From positions 32,001 through 96,000 of IMG/VR virus record IMGVR_UViG_2599185230_000001: 64,000 bases of DNA; one strand, written 5' to 3'. Source of the DNA: a virus (taxonomy: Duplodnaviria > Caudoviricetes). The stretch's first letter is position 1, and the number at the start of each line of letters is the position of its first letter. The notes beneath the pieces are model-generated. The model worked only from the letters and a program-made list of their open reading frames with translations, searched no databases and was not told where the DNA came from. The position numbers and the translations under genes were made by a program. Below, piece after piece: positions 8,590 through 19,053 of the stretch.

Positions 8590-9552
8590 CTAAAGCATCA
8601 TCATATTGCTTGCTTTGGCGATAGTATCCAGGGTGATCTCCGTTATACCTTCACCGTCCTGGCCATCCATCAGCCGGATGATATTATTCAGTGTCCTGTC
8701 CATCAGCCTGAAACAACCGGTTTGGCTGTTGGTCGCCCTTTTGATCATTTCCTGCAACGCCTCATCCGTAAACGGGAAGGGCTCCAGGTACTCCATAACT
8801 TCTTTTTTGGTCAGCCCTTGTAGGGAGTAATAGTTGTCCACCCGGTTGGCAAACCGTGCCAAGTACCCTTTAACTTGTGACTCCAGCTTTGGCTCACCGG
8901 CTACGACCAAGCCTACATCCGACTGATCAAATATAGAGCGCAATATTTCCATTTTCTTTTGGGTGTACTTGCTGATTAGCTTATCCGCCTCATCTATAAT
9001 CAACAAATAGCCTTTATTAAAGTTAAAAAACTCCTTAATACCGTTTACCCGCTTCCAAATGGTGCCGTACCCGGAAGGGATGCCCAATGCCTTCTCAATT
9101 GCCTCTACCATATCGCGACAACTCATAATATCGTCACATTCCACATAGGCAACTCGAGGCATCTTAGTGTAATATTCCAGAGTGCGGCTCTTGCCGTAGC
9201 CAGATTTTCCAACCACAACACCAAGTCCGGTAAAGTCCTGGCAGGTGCTACATACAGCGATGATGCCGGAGGCATCCCGGCTTTCAAAAAACTCTGGTTT
9301 TTGCAACTTTGGCGCTTGGGTTATAGGTGTAACGACCTTACCGCGCTCCCGAAGAAACTGAGTAAGTTTTGCCTGAATATCGGTGGTATCGCTTTCATAC
9401 TTGCCATTTAAGTACCTTGAAAGTGCTGTTCTATGGTAATTTATTTCTCTGGCCACTTCCGTAATGGTCAATCCGCTTTTCTCCATAAAATCCTTAGCCA
9501 TTCTGGCCACATCCTGCGGCGCAATGGAATAAATCTTTGCAGCAGCTTCCAT
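8590..9552 (-). CDS. MuB-like transposition AAA ATPase with N-terminal HTH
   Basis: GKSGYGKS, LLIIDEAD; follows the transposase. Confidence 0.92.
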   Translation of the reverse strand: MEAAAKIYSIAPQDVARMAKDFMEKSGLTITEVAREINYHRTALSRYLNGKYESDTTDIQAKLTQFLRERGKVVTPITQAPKLQKPEFFESRDASGIIAVCSTCQDFTGLGVVVGKSGYGKSRTLEYYTKMPRVAYVECDDIMSCRDMVEAIEKALGIPSGYGTIWKRVNGIKEFFNFNKGYLLIIDEADKLISKYTQKKMEILRSIFDQSDVGLVVAGEPKLESQVKGYLARFANRVDNYYSLQGLTKKEVMEYLEPFPFTDEALQEMIKRATNSQTGCFRLMDRTLNNIIRLMDGQDGEGITEITLDTIAKASNMMML

Positions 9553-9570
9553 TTATTTATCCCTCCGTTT

Positions 9571-11646
9571 TTATCCCAGTTTACGGAGCACAGCCAATGC
9601 TTTCTCCGCTTTTTTTCGATAAAATTCATTGTCTAACTGGTCATTATGCTTCTTATTCCTAACCTCATCCTTAAACTGCTTATCTTCCGGCAGGGCAACC
9701 ACATTGTCAACCGGTTTTTTGCCTTGCTTCTTAATGACAAAACCGCCCACCGTATCACTTGGCCCGTTGACATGCTGGTTGATGCGCTGTTCAAATGGGG
9801 TAGTGTATTCCTTGATGCGTTCTCTGTCCCGCTTAAGCTGCCTGTGCTGGGCCTTCATGTGCTCTTCCAAAGCCTTTTGAGGTACCTTTGGAGCAATTAA
9901 GAGCAGATCCTGACTTAAAGCCTCGCAGATTTTTTTGCCGTCTAAGGTGTAAACATACAACCTAGTCACATCTTCCTGGTCCCAACGAATATCTACTTTG
10001 TCGCCGATGTAGTCACATAACTCGTCCGCCCGGTACTCATAACCAAACTTATGGATTCCGGTGTTATAAACATGGACCCGGTCGGCCCTCATCATCAACA
10101 TACTGGCGTATGACCTAGGCGGCGCCGGCTTATAATAGCGCTCTTCGGCATTAGCGAACAACTCGGCAGGCTTTCTCCATTGTTCTTTTGCCTTTTTTAA
10201 GCCTTTGTGGTCCTTCTGGTGATACTTCTCATTGAGCCACTTCTGCCACAGTTCATAAAATTCTTCCAGTGTTAGCAGCTCATCCCGCTCCAGCATTCCC
10301 TTAATATCTTTTCTGACTTTACCCGCGGTGCGCGAGCCGGTTAGCGTTCCGGTGTAACTGGCCAACCATTTACTAAACTCACTGCACACTATGCCGAAAA
10401 AACGTTCGATATATGCCTTGCTCCATGGCTGATAAGGCAGGCTTCGAATATCATCCTGGATGCCAACGCTTTTGTAAAAGCCTACCGTCTCACTATCGAA
10501 GCTGACCCGATATTTGCGTTTGCGGCCCGTTAGGGTTTCGGCGGTGTATTCCTTCCCGTTGTCGATGTTGATCCATTGAGGAACCCCGCACGGTTTACCG
10601 CCAATTTCGTTGTAGATCATCTTTAGAATGGACTGCTTCATGATTTCAGCGTTGGCGTGTAAGCACATTACACTGCTGGGAATGGCCCTGCTTCTAATAT
10701 CTACCCAGGCCACCAGGTTGGGCTTGATGGCTGTTACCTTCCCATTAGGGTGTGTATACTTCACCCAATCGTCAAAGGTATGAACATCGCCTTGGACAAG
10801 CCCCATCACCGGCAGGGATTTAGAATCACGGGAAGCCTTGACCATAACTTTATTCCGGTATTCCCTGGCGCCTCTAGCCGCTAAGAAATGGGCATTTTTG
10901 CCCCGTTTTTCCTCCATCAGATAGTTTACATACCTGGCCACCGTCTGGTAGGAGGGGTAAGGCCAACCATTCTTTCCAGCGACTTCCTCCATCTTTTCGT
11001 AAAGCATCTCAACAGTGCTGTTATTGGCAGCAAATTCCTTATCAAACCACAGATTTTCAATGAAAGCCCTTGCTCTATCAGTCAGTGAAGGAAAGGTGAA
11101 TCGCTGTTTAGGCTTCCGGCACAAGGCTAAAACCTTGAAAAAATCATAATTTTTACCGTCTTCCTTGTTTAACTTCACGGCCCAGGCGCTTGCCTCCAGG
11201 TAGTTTTCCGCCTGCCGGTATAAGGTTCGTAGGCTTATCCCTTTTAAATCAGCGAACTCCTGGGCAAACTCGGTGCGGTTATCACCGGCGTAATTCAGAA
11301 ACTCCTGAACGGTCTTGGTGAATTCCACCGCCTTGTAATACTGGCCGCCATGGTTTTCGACGTACCAGTTTAATTCCACATCGACATACCATGGCATGCT
11401 GTTCGTTATCCGTTTATCAACCACAACATCCCCCCCTTCAATGCTTTGGGCTTCCTTATGCGCCCTTCGCGCTTTTTTCGAAAGGGAGGATACGGCAACC
11501 AGAACCCGCTCTTTGCCGCCGTTTACGGCTGGCTCTGTTTTGGTCTTAAAGGCTTCGGGATTGCGCTTCATGCGTTGAATTAGGGTGTTATACTTGATAC
11601 CCTCGTATTCCGCAGCCTCTTCCAGCGTGATATAAGCATCTGCCAA
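9571..11646 (-). CDS. MuA-like DDE transposase
   Basis: GDVHTFD / DNGKEY / KAYIERFF triad; C-terminal Mu-transposase domain. Confidence 0.95.
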   Translation of the reverse strand: MADAYITLEEAAEYEGIKYNTLIQRMKRNPEAFKTKTEPAVNGGKERVLVAVSSLSKKARRAHKEAQSIEGGDVVVDKRITNSMPWYVDVELNWYVENHGGQYYKAVEFTKTVQEFLNYAGDNRTEFAQEFADLKGISLRTLYRQAENYLEASAWAVKLNKEDGKNYDFFKVLALCRKPKQRFTFPSLTDRARAFIENLWFDKEFAANNSTVEMLYEKMEEVAGKNGWPYPSYQTVARYVNYLMEEKRGKNAHFLAARGAREYRNKVMVKASRDSKSLPVMGLVQGDVHTFDDWVKYTHPNGKVTAIKPNLVAWVDIRSRAIPSSVMCLHANAEIMKQSILKMIYNEIGGKPCGVPQWINIDNGKEYTAETLTGRKRKYRVSFDSETVGFYKSVGIQDDIRSLPYQPWSKAYIERFFGIVCSEFSKWLASYTGTLTGSRTAGKVRKDIKGMLERDELLTLEEFYELWQKWLNEKYHQKDHKGLKKAKEQWRKPAELFANAEERYYKPAPPRSYASMLMMRADRVHVYNTGIHKFGYEYRADELCDYIGDKVDIRWDQEDVTRLYVYTLDGKKICEALSQDLLLIAPKVPQKALEEHMKAQHRQLKRDRERIKEYTTPFEQRINQHVNGPSDTVGGFVIKKQGKKPVDNVVALPEDKQFKDEVRNKKHNDQLDNEFYRKKAEKALAVLRKLG

Positions 11647-11829
11647 AATCCTCCGTCTCCTTTACGCAAGGAGGGTATCCGTAGTACAATGTAACCGAAC
11701 AGGTTCCCTGTTCTGCGCCTGCGGGGTGCCTTCGGCTAAAAGGGAGGCGAAGGCACTCCGTTTTTATTGCCAACTTTTTTGATAATACCGGCGCACAAAT
11801 CACGAATACACTCCTTCAATTTTGTATCA

Positions 11830-12153
11830 CTACACCTTTTCAGTCTGGCTAAGCTTTTGTTGGACAATCTCCGGACCACCGTTTATAAGATCTTCCATTC
11901 TGGAAATCTCCAGGCGCAAATATTCACGCATGCTATTCAAAGCTTCGATACCAGCCTTCTTCATGTTCGCCCAGGCGAAGAAATCATCAATTTCGCGCTT
12001 TATATCATTTTGGATTAGCTTTTCCTTTTGACGGTATTCGGATAGCTGCTTCTTTAAAAAGTTAGCTTTATCTTCCGCTGATAAGTTACTTTCATCACGG
12101 CCGAGTTTCTGATTCATAGCCGTCAATTCACTTAGAAATACTTCAGTGTTCAC
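11830..12153 (-). CDS. Coiled-coil hypothetical protein
   Basis: 107 aa, RBS GAGGGGAG. Confidence 0.6.
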   Translation of the reverse strand: MNTEVFLSELTAMNQKLGRDESNLSAEDKANFLKKQLSEYRQKEKLIQNDIKREIDDFFAWANMKKAGIEALNSMREYLRLEISRMEDLINGGPEIVQQKLSQTEKV

Positions 12154-12169
12154 TTACTTATCGCTCCCC

Positions 12170-12379
12170 TCATGCTATTTTTTGGATTAACTCCTCGTCG
12201 AGACCAAGGGCTCTAATAATGTCAGGGAGATACTTTTTGCCCGATCTTTCGCCGTATAGCACCAGGTGCAGGTATTTCACGTTCATTCCTACTATTTCAG
12301 CCAGCCATACCTGGCTCTTGTTAATGTCGATCAGGCGCTTCTTTATGACTTTGCCCAAAGGTGATAGCTCTCGTCCCAC
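12170..12379 (-). CDS. Ner/Cro-like HTH regulator
   Basis: GTG after AAAGGAGG; IKKRLIDINKSQVWLAEIVGMNVKYLHLVLYGER. Confidence 0.85.
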   Translation of the reverse strand: MGRELSPLGKVIKKRLIDINKSQVWLAEIVGMNVKYLHLVLYGERSGKKYLPDIIRALGLDEELIQKIA

Positions 12380-12696
12380 CTTGATCCCTCCTTTCACCAT
12401 TGGTCTTGCAGAACCAGATAAAACCACCTCCCGTGAGTTAACGTTTCTTGTCTCTTTTTCTTCGGTTGCCCGAATCAGTAGTTTTCCTGGGTAAACCTTT
12501 ATTGCCGCCAAAATGGCAAATCTCACAACTATCTACCCGCTTGGGACACTTAAATCTGCACTCGTTATTAATATCTAAAGTGCGAAACATACATCTGCAT
12601 CCGGGGTATTGACCTAAAAACCCCACAAGCATCGCCATGGCCATACCCCCTCGTGTAATTTGATTAGTAACCAAATTTTCGGTGCAGTTTTTACTG

Positions 12697-12963
12697 CTAT
12701 ATCGCCAAACCTCCAACAAAAAACCTAGCATCCATGCCGGCATAAGCCGGCCACCCATCAATTGTCTTAACCTCAATATCAGACTCGCTTAGACGCTGCC
12801 ACTGGCCGTCATTACAAACTTCCAAAATTGCGCCTGGCGCGACCGGCATTAAATCGCCGCTATCCAGCTGAATAAAAACCCCGTCTTCAATTACCAAATT
12901 CCCAACCTGCCAACCGTCAAGAATATTAGCTGTTTTCCTGATGCTGTCTGCTAACAAAAACAC
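12697..12963 (-). CDS. First early gene (DUF5348-like)
   Basis: GAILEVCNDGQWQ...YAGMDARF; RBS AAGGAAGG. Confidence 0.55.
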   Translation of the reverse strand: MFLLADSIRKTANILDGWQVGNLVIEDGVFIQLDSGDLMPVAPGAILEVCNDGQWQRLSESDIEVKTIDGWPAYAGMDARFFVGGLAI

Positions 12964-13004
12964 GTCATCGCCATCCTTCCTTTGGGAAATCCGATTTAGG
13001 AATC

Positions 13005-13210
13005 ACCCACTTTTGTGGGTGCCTTGAAAATTTTTAATCACCTCCATAATTTTCTTTTTTTCGCACTGCCTACCTGATAGAATGTTGTTGTGGTATATGA
13101 ATCTATCATTTCAATTATACCACACGCTTGTGGGGTGTCAATAAAAATCCCCACGATTATGGGGTTAAATACCCAACAACCAAGGGGTTTAATACCATAC
13201 GTTTGTGGGA
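13005..13210. promoter_or_regulatory. Five 16-bp operator-like palindromes, consensus CCCCAC-N4-GTGGGG
   Basis: 13005 ACCCACTTTTGTGGGT; 13120 CCACACGCTTGTGGGG; 13149 CCCCACGATTATGGGG; 13172 CCCAACAACCAAGGGG; 13195 CCATACGTTTGTGGGA; between divergent early and repressor genes. Confidence 0.75.
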
Positions 13211-13222
13211 AGGGGGAGAGCT

Positions 13223-13927
13223 GTGTCTGAAAAATTTGGGAAGCGACTTAAAAAGGCTCTTAAACAAGCCGGATACACCCAGGCTAAGGCCACAGAAGAA
13301 CTTGGACTTTCTAAAAATGCTATAACTAATTATGTATCTGGTAGAATTCCTGATACTTTAATACTTTACAAACTTGCTAATTTATGTAATGTATCAATGG
13401 AATGGTTACTGTCCGGCAAAGAAACAAAAGCTGCTGGGAAAGCACATTTGGTTGAAGAAGCAGTTAGAAGATACGCGGTCGCCCAGCCTAAAATAATCGA
13501 AGTACCGGCAGGTGTAACAGTCCGTTATGCCGGTGAAACAGTGATGATCACCGATAAAGCAATGATGCTGGAAGACATTCGTGAAGCACTGGAAAAGGGT
13601 GTTGATGGTACGGGTTACCCCGAACTTACTAAAGAGCTGACCCATCTGGAATACCGGGAAAAAGAACAACTGGTTATTGTAGTAATTAAAGGTACTAAAA
13701 AGGGCCAGTTTATAACTAATAAGGAGGACGAAGAACTGCTGCCGTTATCGAGTGAAGAGCGGCAAATACTCTTAAAGTACCGATTGCTTGACGCCAGAGA
13801 TCAGTGTGATATCAAAGAAATTATTGACATGAAATATGAAAGAATGGTTAAAAGGGGAAGATCATACGGCTCCGGGAGTGGAGGAATAGGAAGCGGGGAA
13901 GAGGCGGCTGCTAAAGAATACGCCTAA
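13223..13927 (+). CDS. XRE-family prophage repressor
   Basis: GTG after AGGGGGAG; FGKRLKKALKQAGYTQAKATEELGLSKNAITNYVSG; divergent from early operon. Confidence 0.9.
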   Translation: MSEKFGKRLKKALKQAGYTQAKATEELGLSKNAITNYVSGRIPDTLILYKLANLCNVSMEWLLSGKETKAAGKAHLVEEAVRRYAVAQPKIIEVPAGVTVRYAGETVMITDKAMMLEDIREALEKGVDGTGYPELTKELTHLEYREKEQLVIVVIKGTKKGQFITNKEDEELLPLSSEERQILLKYRLLDARDQCDIKEIIDMKYERMVKRGRSYGSGSGGIGSGEEAAAKEYA

Positions 13928-14145
13928 TTTTTTAACCCTAAATGATATATTTTTATATCTTTTTCAATTTTTCACATTAATATCGGAAGTAACTCGCTAA
14001 ATGATGTCACTTTGCTACGGCCTTTTTTAAGCTGCTGAAGACTAGCCGAAACCAGCATGAATACTGCAATGTGACAGGTTTTTTTGAAAATCACTAAAAT
14101 GTCACTTTGCTTATAGCCTTTTGGGGCTATTTTTCTAGTGTTTTA

Positions 14146-14293
14146 ATCACGTTTTATTCACGCCGTTAACGCGCATTCACGCGACGGCGTTTTTTTATAA
14201 ACCCTGTAACCCCTGATTTTAAATGCTTTCAATTTCTCTTTAAGCTTTTCGCGTGATTCATTCACGGTCATTCACGCCAGCGTGATCACGCCC
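14146..14293. repeat. Cluster of about 8 TCACG(C) motifs in both orientations
   Basis: ATCACG, ATTCACGC (x3), ATTCACGG, GCGTGA (x2), ATCACGC within about 150 bp. Confidence 0.65.
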
Positions 14294-14400
14294 TGGCGGT
14301 TTTAATTGACCGGCACTCGTGGTAAACTAATGTAAGGGCAAACAAAAAAGCGCTTATCCCTAATGCAGCAAGGCTTCCAGCGCTTTTGCCTCTTTTTTTT

Positions 14401-14551
14401 AAAATTTACCTGACAATAAATGTATTCTCAAAATAATTGTTCGCCGTTTTTTAATAAATCCCACCTAATCCCTTGTCATCTCTGTGTTTCCCACCCTTTC
14501 CCGGTTCATCTTTTCTAGTAAACCTATTGTCAGTTATTTTGTTAATCTACA
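14401..14551 (-). repeat. Transposon end with candidate transposase-binding sites
   Basis: Terminal TGTAGATTAACAAAATAACTGACAATAG; inverted internal copy AAAATTTACCTGACAATAA at 14401. Confidence 0.7.
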
Positions 14552-15404
14552 CCCATGCCAACTTTTCCACCGCATGCTCCAAATCCTGAACCGACGGCCT
14601 GGTATACCTGGCCGTTGTATTAAGATCAGCATGCCCCATTAACGCGGCCACCCTGTCCAGGCTTTCCCCGGTATCCACGAGCATTTTCCCAAAGGTGTGT
14701 CGCAGCATATGCGGAGTGACATCCACCCCTGCTAACCGTGCGTATTTTGTTAGTACATTCTCGGCAGACCTAGTTGTGATATGTGCACCCCGGCGACCGG
14801 GAAATAACCACCCCGATTTCGCTTCATTTACGTACACATCCAATATTCTGCGCACTGTTACGTTTAGCGGTACCTCCCGATATTTATCTCCTTTGCCCTG
14901 ACGGATAATAACAAATCCGGAACGTTCACGAAGAGTTATGTCTTCAATTCGCAATGAAACAGCTTCAGATATTCGTAAACCGGTATGTAAAAGCAACATA
15001 ATCAGTGCAGTATCCCTCTCCTTACCATATTTTTGAACTGCTCTGATTAAAGCTCCAAGTTCCCTCCGGTCAAGCCATCGTGGGGCATTTTTTTGCTCCT
15101 GTACCCTTTTGATACCCGTAGCCGGGTTGGTTTTAACTAAATCCACAATACATGCCCAGGTGAAAAAGCTATTAATTACATCCAGGGCATGATTGACCGT
15201 GGCCGGTTTTTTCTTCTGATTGATAAGGTTGTTGCGATAATTGGCTATATCCAGGGCAGTTACGGAACGGGGATCGAACCGGCCATAGGTTTGGGCCAAC
15301 CACCCGGCAAACCGGTGTATCGTCTGCATATAAGAGCGCACGGTACGTTGGGATAGGCCCCGCCCCTGCAAGTTCGTTTTGAAATTACTTAAAAATTTTT
15401 CCAC
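14547..15404 (-). CDS. Tyrosine recombinase (XerD-like)
   Basis: TGLRISE, GKGDK, HMLRH, LMGH, RYT catalytic set intact. Confidence 0.93.
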   Translation of the reverse strand: MEKFLSNFKTNLQGRGLSQRTVRSYMQTIHRFAGWLAQTYGRFDPRSVTALDIANYRNNLINQKKKPATVNHALDVINSFFTWACIVDLVKTNPATGIKRVQEQKNAPRWLDRRELGALIRAVQKYGKERDTALIMLLLHTGLRISEAVSLRIEDITLRERSGFVIIRQGKGDKYREVPLNVTVRRILDVYVNEAKSGWLFPGRRGAHITTRSAENVLTKYARLAGVDVTPHMLRHTFGKMLVDTGESLDRVAALMGHADLNTTARYTRPSVQDLEHAVEKLAWV

Positions 15405-15483
15405 TTTTCACTCCTTTCCTTATTAACCGCATAAAGGTGATTGATCCTATAGGTGTTCCTCTTGAATTTGCATATCTGTTCTT

Positions 15484-17427
15484 TTAAACAGCCATCTGTT
15501 CAAGTAATTGTGCCATAGTCGTTATATTAACGGCCGTTGTCATCTCGGGAATATTCGCCCTCACTAGCGCGGTAGCAACAGGGGGACATACGGCGTTACC
15601 ACATCTAGCGACTTGGGCAGTCTTGCTGTACGCTTTGCCGAGATAGTCCCTGTCAATCATGTAATCCGGCGGAAAGCCTTGAGCGTTGTAAAGCTCGCGC
15701 GGAGTCAGCATCCGCATGCCGATATCCGCGATAAAATACGCAGTACCATTTATCCAGAGAAGGATTACTTCATCGTCGGCTAAAATATAGCTACAGTATT
15801 TATTTAACAATGCACGTATCTTCGGCCAGTTTTTAAGATCTGCTCCTGGCATGGCTTTTACAAGAGTCGTATATACCGTCCCGAACTCACCGCCACCAGC
15901 TGTTAATGTTTGCAATGGCTCATGCGGAATTTGCCCAATATTTGTTCCCTTGAATTTAATAATGTGTGAAGTAACAACAGCCGTATGACTGTTGCAGAGT
16001 TGGGTGTTTACCGGTTCTTCCACGCTTCGCGCAACACTCGCTTTGCCGTGGAATTCGGATAGCACTGCTGTTGTTAATGCCTCCCGATCTTTTGACGTTA
16101 TTGTGTGGCATGGGCTATCCATATCGTGACCATGCTTTTCAGTACCGAAATATTTAACTATCTGAGCAGCCGCCAACCCATAGCGGTTAGAACCATCAAT
16201 GGTCATAATAGGAATCGCAAGGTTTTGTCCTCTGACGTACTCCTGCTTTTTTTCGCTGTGATACTGGATCAGGGAGGGCATTATAAGCATTTGACTTCCG
16301 GAACTGGTTACCGTGTTCATCGGCACCCTCATGTCTGTTCCACTCGCGTTCTCATGATTATGCATGTAGAAGGGGGTTATCACCGGCGCTGCTACTCCGT
16401 ATCCATGCTTTGCCGTAACAGTCTGCATAACGTCGTCAATGCTGCCGCCCCTAAATCCACCCGAATGATTTGTAATTACAATAAAAGGTTTACCACTCCT
16501 GATCGTGAATTTATCCACACCACGCGCCACCCGCTTTAGTGTGTTATCCGCCAAGGGACGGACGGCATTGACACCGTACTGCTCCTTAATCTCTGCCTTG
16601 CTGGCGAAAATAGACGGGCAAGGGATTGACCAGTTAATGATCTCGGCGGCGCTGCGCCATTTTGGCAGGCTGTTTTTTCCGTCCCGCGAGTGTGTTGGTT
16701 TCGGCTTAACAATCGGTTGCCCGTCGCACCGAAACACACCGAAATATCGCTTGCGGATTGTAGGCGCTCCATAGTCCGCTGCTACAAGTTCCCAGCCGTC
16801 GTAATCGTAGCCAAGCCCCCTGATAAGGCGCTGTGCGTCTGGACTGAACGGCGCGATGTGCAGGAACTCGCAAGCTTCCATCAGCGCAGGGTGATCAGGC
16901 TCAATACCGGTCGTCAACATACCAATGAATGCCTTGAAAGTCTCTCCAACGTGATCCGGATCGGGATACCACTTACCATCCGACCGCTGGATCAGCGGTC
17001 CCCAGGTCTGGATCTCCTCGACGTTCTCCATGAACATAACACGAGGCCGAACGGCAAGTGCCCACCGAAGGATAACCCATGACAGGCCGCGAATTTTCTT
17101 TTCGACCGGTTTTCCACCCTTCGCCTTGGAAAAATGTCGGCAGTCCGGGGAGAACCAAGCAATGCCGACCGGCCGACCGGCGCACACCTTAACTGGATCG
17201 ACGTCAAATACGTCCTCCTGCAGGTGCTGTGTATAGGGATGATTTGTACGGTGCATTCTAATCGCGTCTGGATCGTGGTTGACGGCGATCGTCACCGGCG
17301 CGCCGGTCGCTATTGATATACCCGTGTCGGCTCCGCCTCCACCAGCAAAGTTTACGACGGTAATCTCATCAAAAAGGATCTCCTGTGCTTTCAAGCACGT
17401 ATTTATCATCATCTCGTCCTCCAGCAT
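15484..17427 (-). CDS. Phage-type C5 cytosine DNA methyltransferase
   Basis: FAGGGG, SPDC, ENVEE, RKR, GNAV motifs; long variable region. Confidence 0.92.
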   Translation of the reverse strand: MLEDEMMINTCLKAQEILFDEITVVNFAGGGGADTGISIATGAPVTIAVNHDPDAIRMHRTNHPYTQHLQEDVFDVDPVKVCAGRPVGIAWFSPDCRHFSKAKGGKPVEKKIRGLSWVILRWALAVRPRVMFMENVEEIQTWGPLIQRSDGKWYPDPDHVGETFKAFIGMLTTGIEPDHPALMEACEFLHIAPFSPDAQRLIRGLGYDYDGWELVAADYGAPTIRKRYFGVFRCDGQPIVKPKPTHSRDGKNSLPKWRSAAEIINWSIPCPSIFASKAEIKEQYGVNAVRPLADNTLKRVARGVDKFTIRSGKPFIVITNHSGGFRGGSIDDVMQTVTAKHGYGVAAPVITPFYMHNHENASGTDMRVPMNTVTSSGSQMLIMPSLIQYHSEKKQEYVRGQNLAIPIMTIDGSNRYGLAAAQIVKYFGTEKHGHDMDSPCHTITSKDREALTTAVLSEFHGKASVARSVEEPVNTQLCNSHTAVVTSHIIKFKGTNIGQIPHEPLQTLTAGGGEFGTVYTTLVKAMPGADLKNWPKIRALLNKYCSYILADDEVILLWINGTAYFIADIGMRMLTPRELYNAQGFPPDYMIDRDYLGKAYSKTAQVARCGNAVCPPVATALVRANIPEMTTAVNITTMAQLLEQMAV

Positions 17428-17484
17428 ATTTTTTAAACGCGCATTAATTTCTATTAATTTCTTTGTGGTTTTCTTATGCGAAGT

Positions 17485-17513
17485 AAAAAACCCCCGTTAA
17501 ACAGGGGGTTTTT
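17485..17513. terminator. Bidirectional terminator-like hairpin
   Basis: AAAAAACCCCC-GTTAAACA-GGGGGTTTTT. Confidence 0.6.
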
Positions 17514-17768
17514 ACAACTTATCCGAAGTTTTTAGCCTTATTTCTTCGTATAAGACCTCTTATTCAAATTTTTTGTTTTAGTGACTTTTTCCGACAAACT
17601 TTAATACTAGATTTGTGATAAAATTAAGGAAAGTTTTTATCAATGCAATATTTATCCAATTTTTTATATTTGTTCTAGGAACTAATACTACCCTATTATA
17701 TAAGACATCTCTTTTTTAATTATTTATAATTAAATCTTTAGTAATTTATTAGAATTAGTGGGGTAAAT

Positions 17769-18446
17769 ATGACATACATATTCAAGGTAATTTCAAGGAA
17801 ATACTATCCATTCATGATAATTACATGGCTTGTTGCTGGCTTCATAACAATGTCCATTTCACAACCTCTTATTGGCCACAACATAAACAATATTTTAGAA
17901 CAATTTACTCCCTTCAATATTCGAGTTATTCCTTTTGCCTATTTTTTACTTACAATTATAATGTCGTTTATCTCCTTAAATTACGGTCAAGAAATAAACG
18001 AGACTATTATTAAAAAACTAATACTATATCGTTTACAGATTAGAGAGAGTGATCACCTATCATCGGAATATTATGAAGATCTACTATCGTATTGGAAGCA
18101 TTACACAAAACAATTTCAAATGCAGGTTATAAATAACAATGAATTATCTGCAGAGCTATTAGATTTTGAAATTAAAAATCATATTTTAAAAACTTCAACT
18201 CTATGGAATTTTGCTAGGGCGTTTTTCTCTATCATTAGTCACATTTCCGTTTATTTATTATCTTTTTTAATTTTAATAGACATAAACTGGATTTTGATTT
18301 GTTGCTTTTCACTAATAACACCACTGCTACTATATATACATTTTTACTTTTCCGGTTTCTTTTCTCGGCAAAAAGTCGAAACAAGTTCATTCATAATTAA
18401 ACTCATAAGTCCTTGGGAGTTTCATGATACCATTAATACTTACTAA
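17769..18446 (+). CDS. AT-rich four-TM membrane protein
   Basis: Two pairs of hydrophobic helices flanking a soluble loop. Confidence 0.65.
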   Translation: MTYIFKVISRKYYPFMIITWLVAGFITMSISQPLIGHNINNILEQFTPFNIRVIPFAYFLLTIIMSFISLNYGQEINETIIKKLILYRLQIRESDHLSSEYYEDLLSYWKHYTKQFQMQVINNNELSAELLDFEIKNHILKTSTLWNFARAFFSIISHISVYLLSFLILIDINWILICCFSLITPLLLYIHFYFSGFFSRQKVETSSFIIKLISPWEFHDTINTY

Positions 18447-18671
18447 AACTGAATAAAAAGCAAAAATATATAGAAGAATTACCAAACTTATAATAAATGC
18501 AAACATTTTATTTCCATCCACGAACTATACCTCCTAAATTTCTTGCCAGTTCATAATCACTCTATCGGCACACTTTGTACAGTCTCCTATTTGCCCACCG
18601 AGCAAAGCGTTCAAGATAGGAAGCAGCATCTTTATAAAGAATTACAAATTATTAAATCAGAGTCTGATGCC

Positions 18672-18794
18672 CTAACCTCTATAAACGGTAGCACGAACCG
18701 TACCCGGTTTAAGTTTCTGGTTCCGAAGCACTGTTTTGCTGACCAGATTCTTCGGAACATCGCTCCAACTTCTATAGTGTGGAAGATTTGGCAC
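18672..18794 (-). pseudogene. Truncated gene start (40 aa)
   Basis: RBS AAAGGGATGG, GTG, MPNLPHYRSWSDVPKNLVSKTVLRNQKLKP..., then an early stop. Confidence 0.35.
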
Positions 18795-18864
18795 GTCGAC
18801 CATCCCTTTTATAATATCTTTTTATATCCTTGACACCGCCGCACTATAATGAACATAGCGTTAT

Positions 18865-19053
18865 TTATTTACTGCTTGCCTTTCCTCCTGGTACCAAGCG
18901 ATTTGGGTACCAAGTGATTTGTTCCTTATAGAAAGCCACAATATGCTCATCGAGTTCCTGGCTAGCGCTCACGACTTCGGAGCTTACTAAAGAACCTTTA
19001 GTAGCGTATAATTTTAGCCGTGCACTCTCAATTTTCTGGTCAATATTTTCCAA
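18865..19053 (-). CDS. Spo0E-like aspartyl-phosphate phosphatase
   Basis: TTG after GGGAGGTG; IESARLKL...EVVSASQELDEHI (SQELD motif). Confidence 0.8.
   Translation of the reverse strand: MENIDQKIESARLKLYATKGSLVSSEVVSASQELDEHIVAFYKEQITWYPNRLVPGGKASSK

Larger units (their letters stand above)
1..14551 (-). mobile_element. Mu-like transposable prophage (repressor-proximal arm; continues beyond the left edge)
   Basis: Gene order c-ner-A-B-...-gemA-...-mor-DUF3486-terL; DDE transposase plus AAA ATPase; terminal TGTAG at 14551 on the minus strand. Confidence 0.93.

Noticed and set aside
18543-18833. Plus-strand ORF with LVPKH resembling DpnI
   Set aside because: Match too short; the minus strand has a better RBS-led gene remnant
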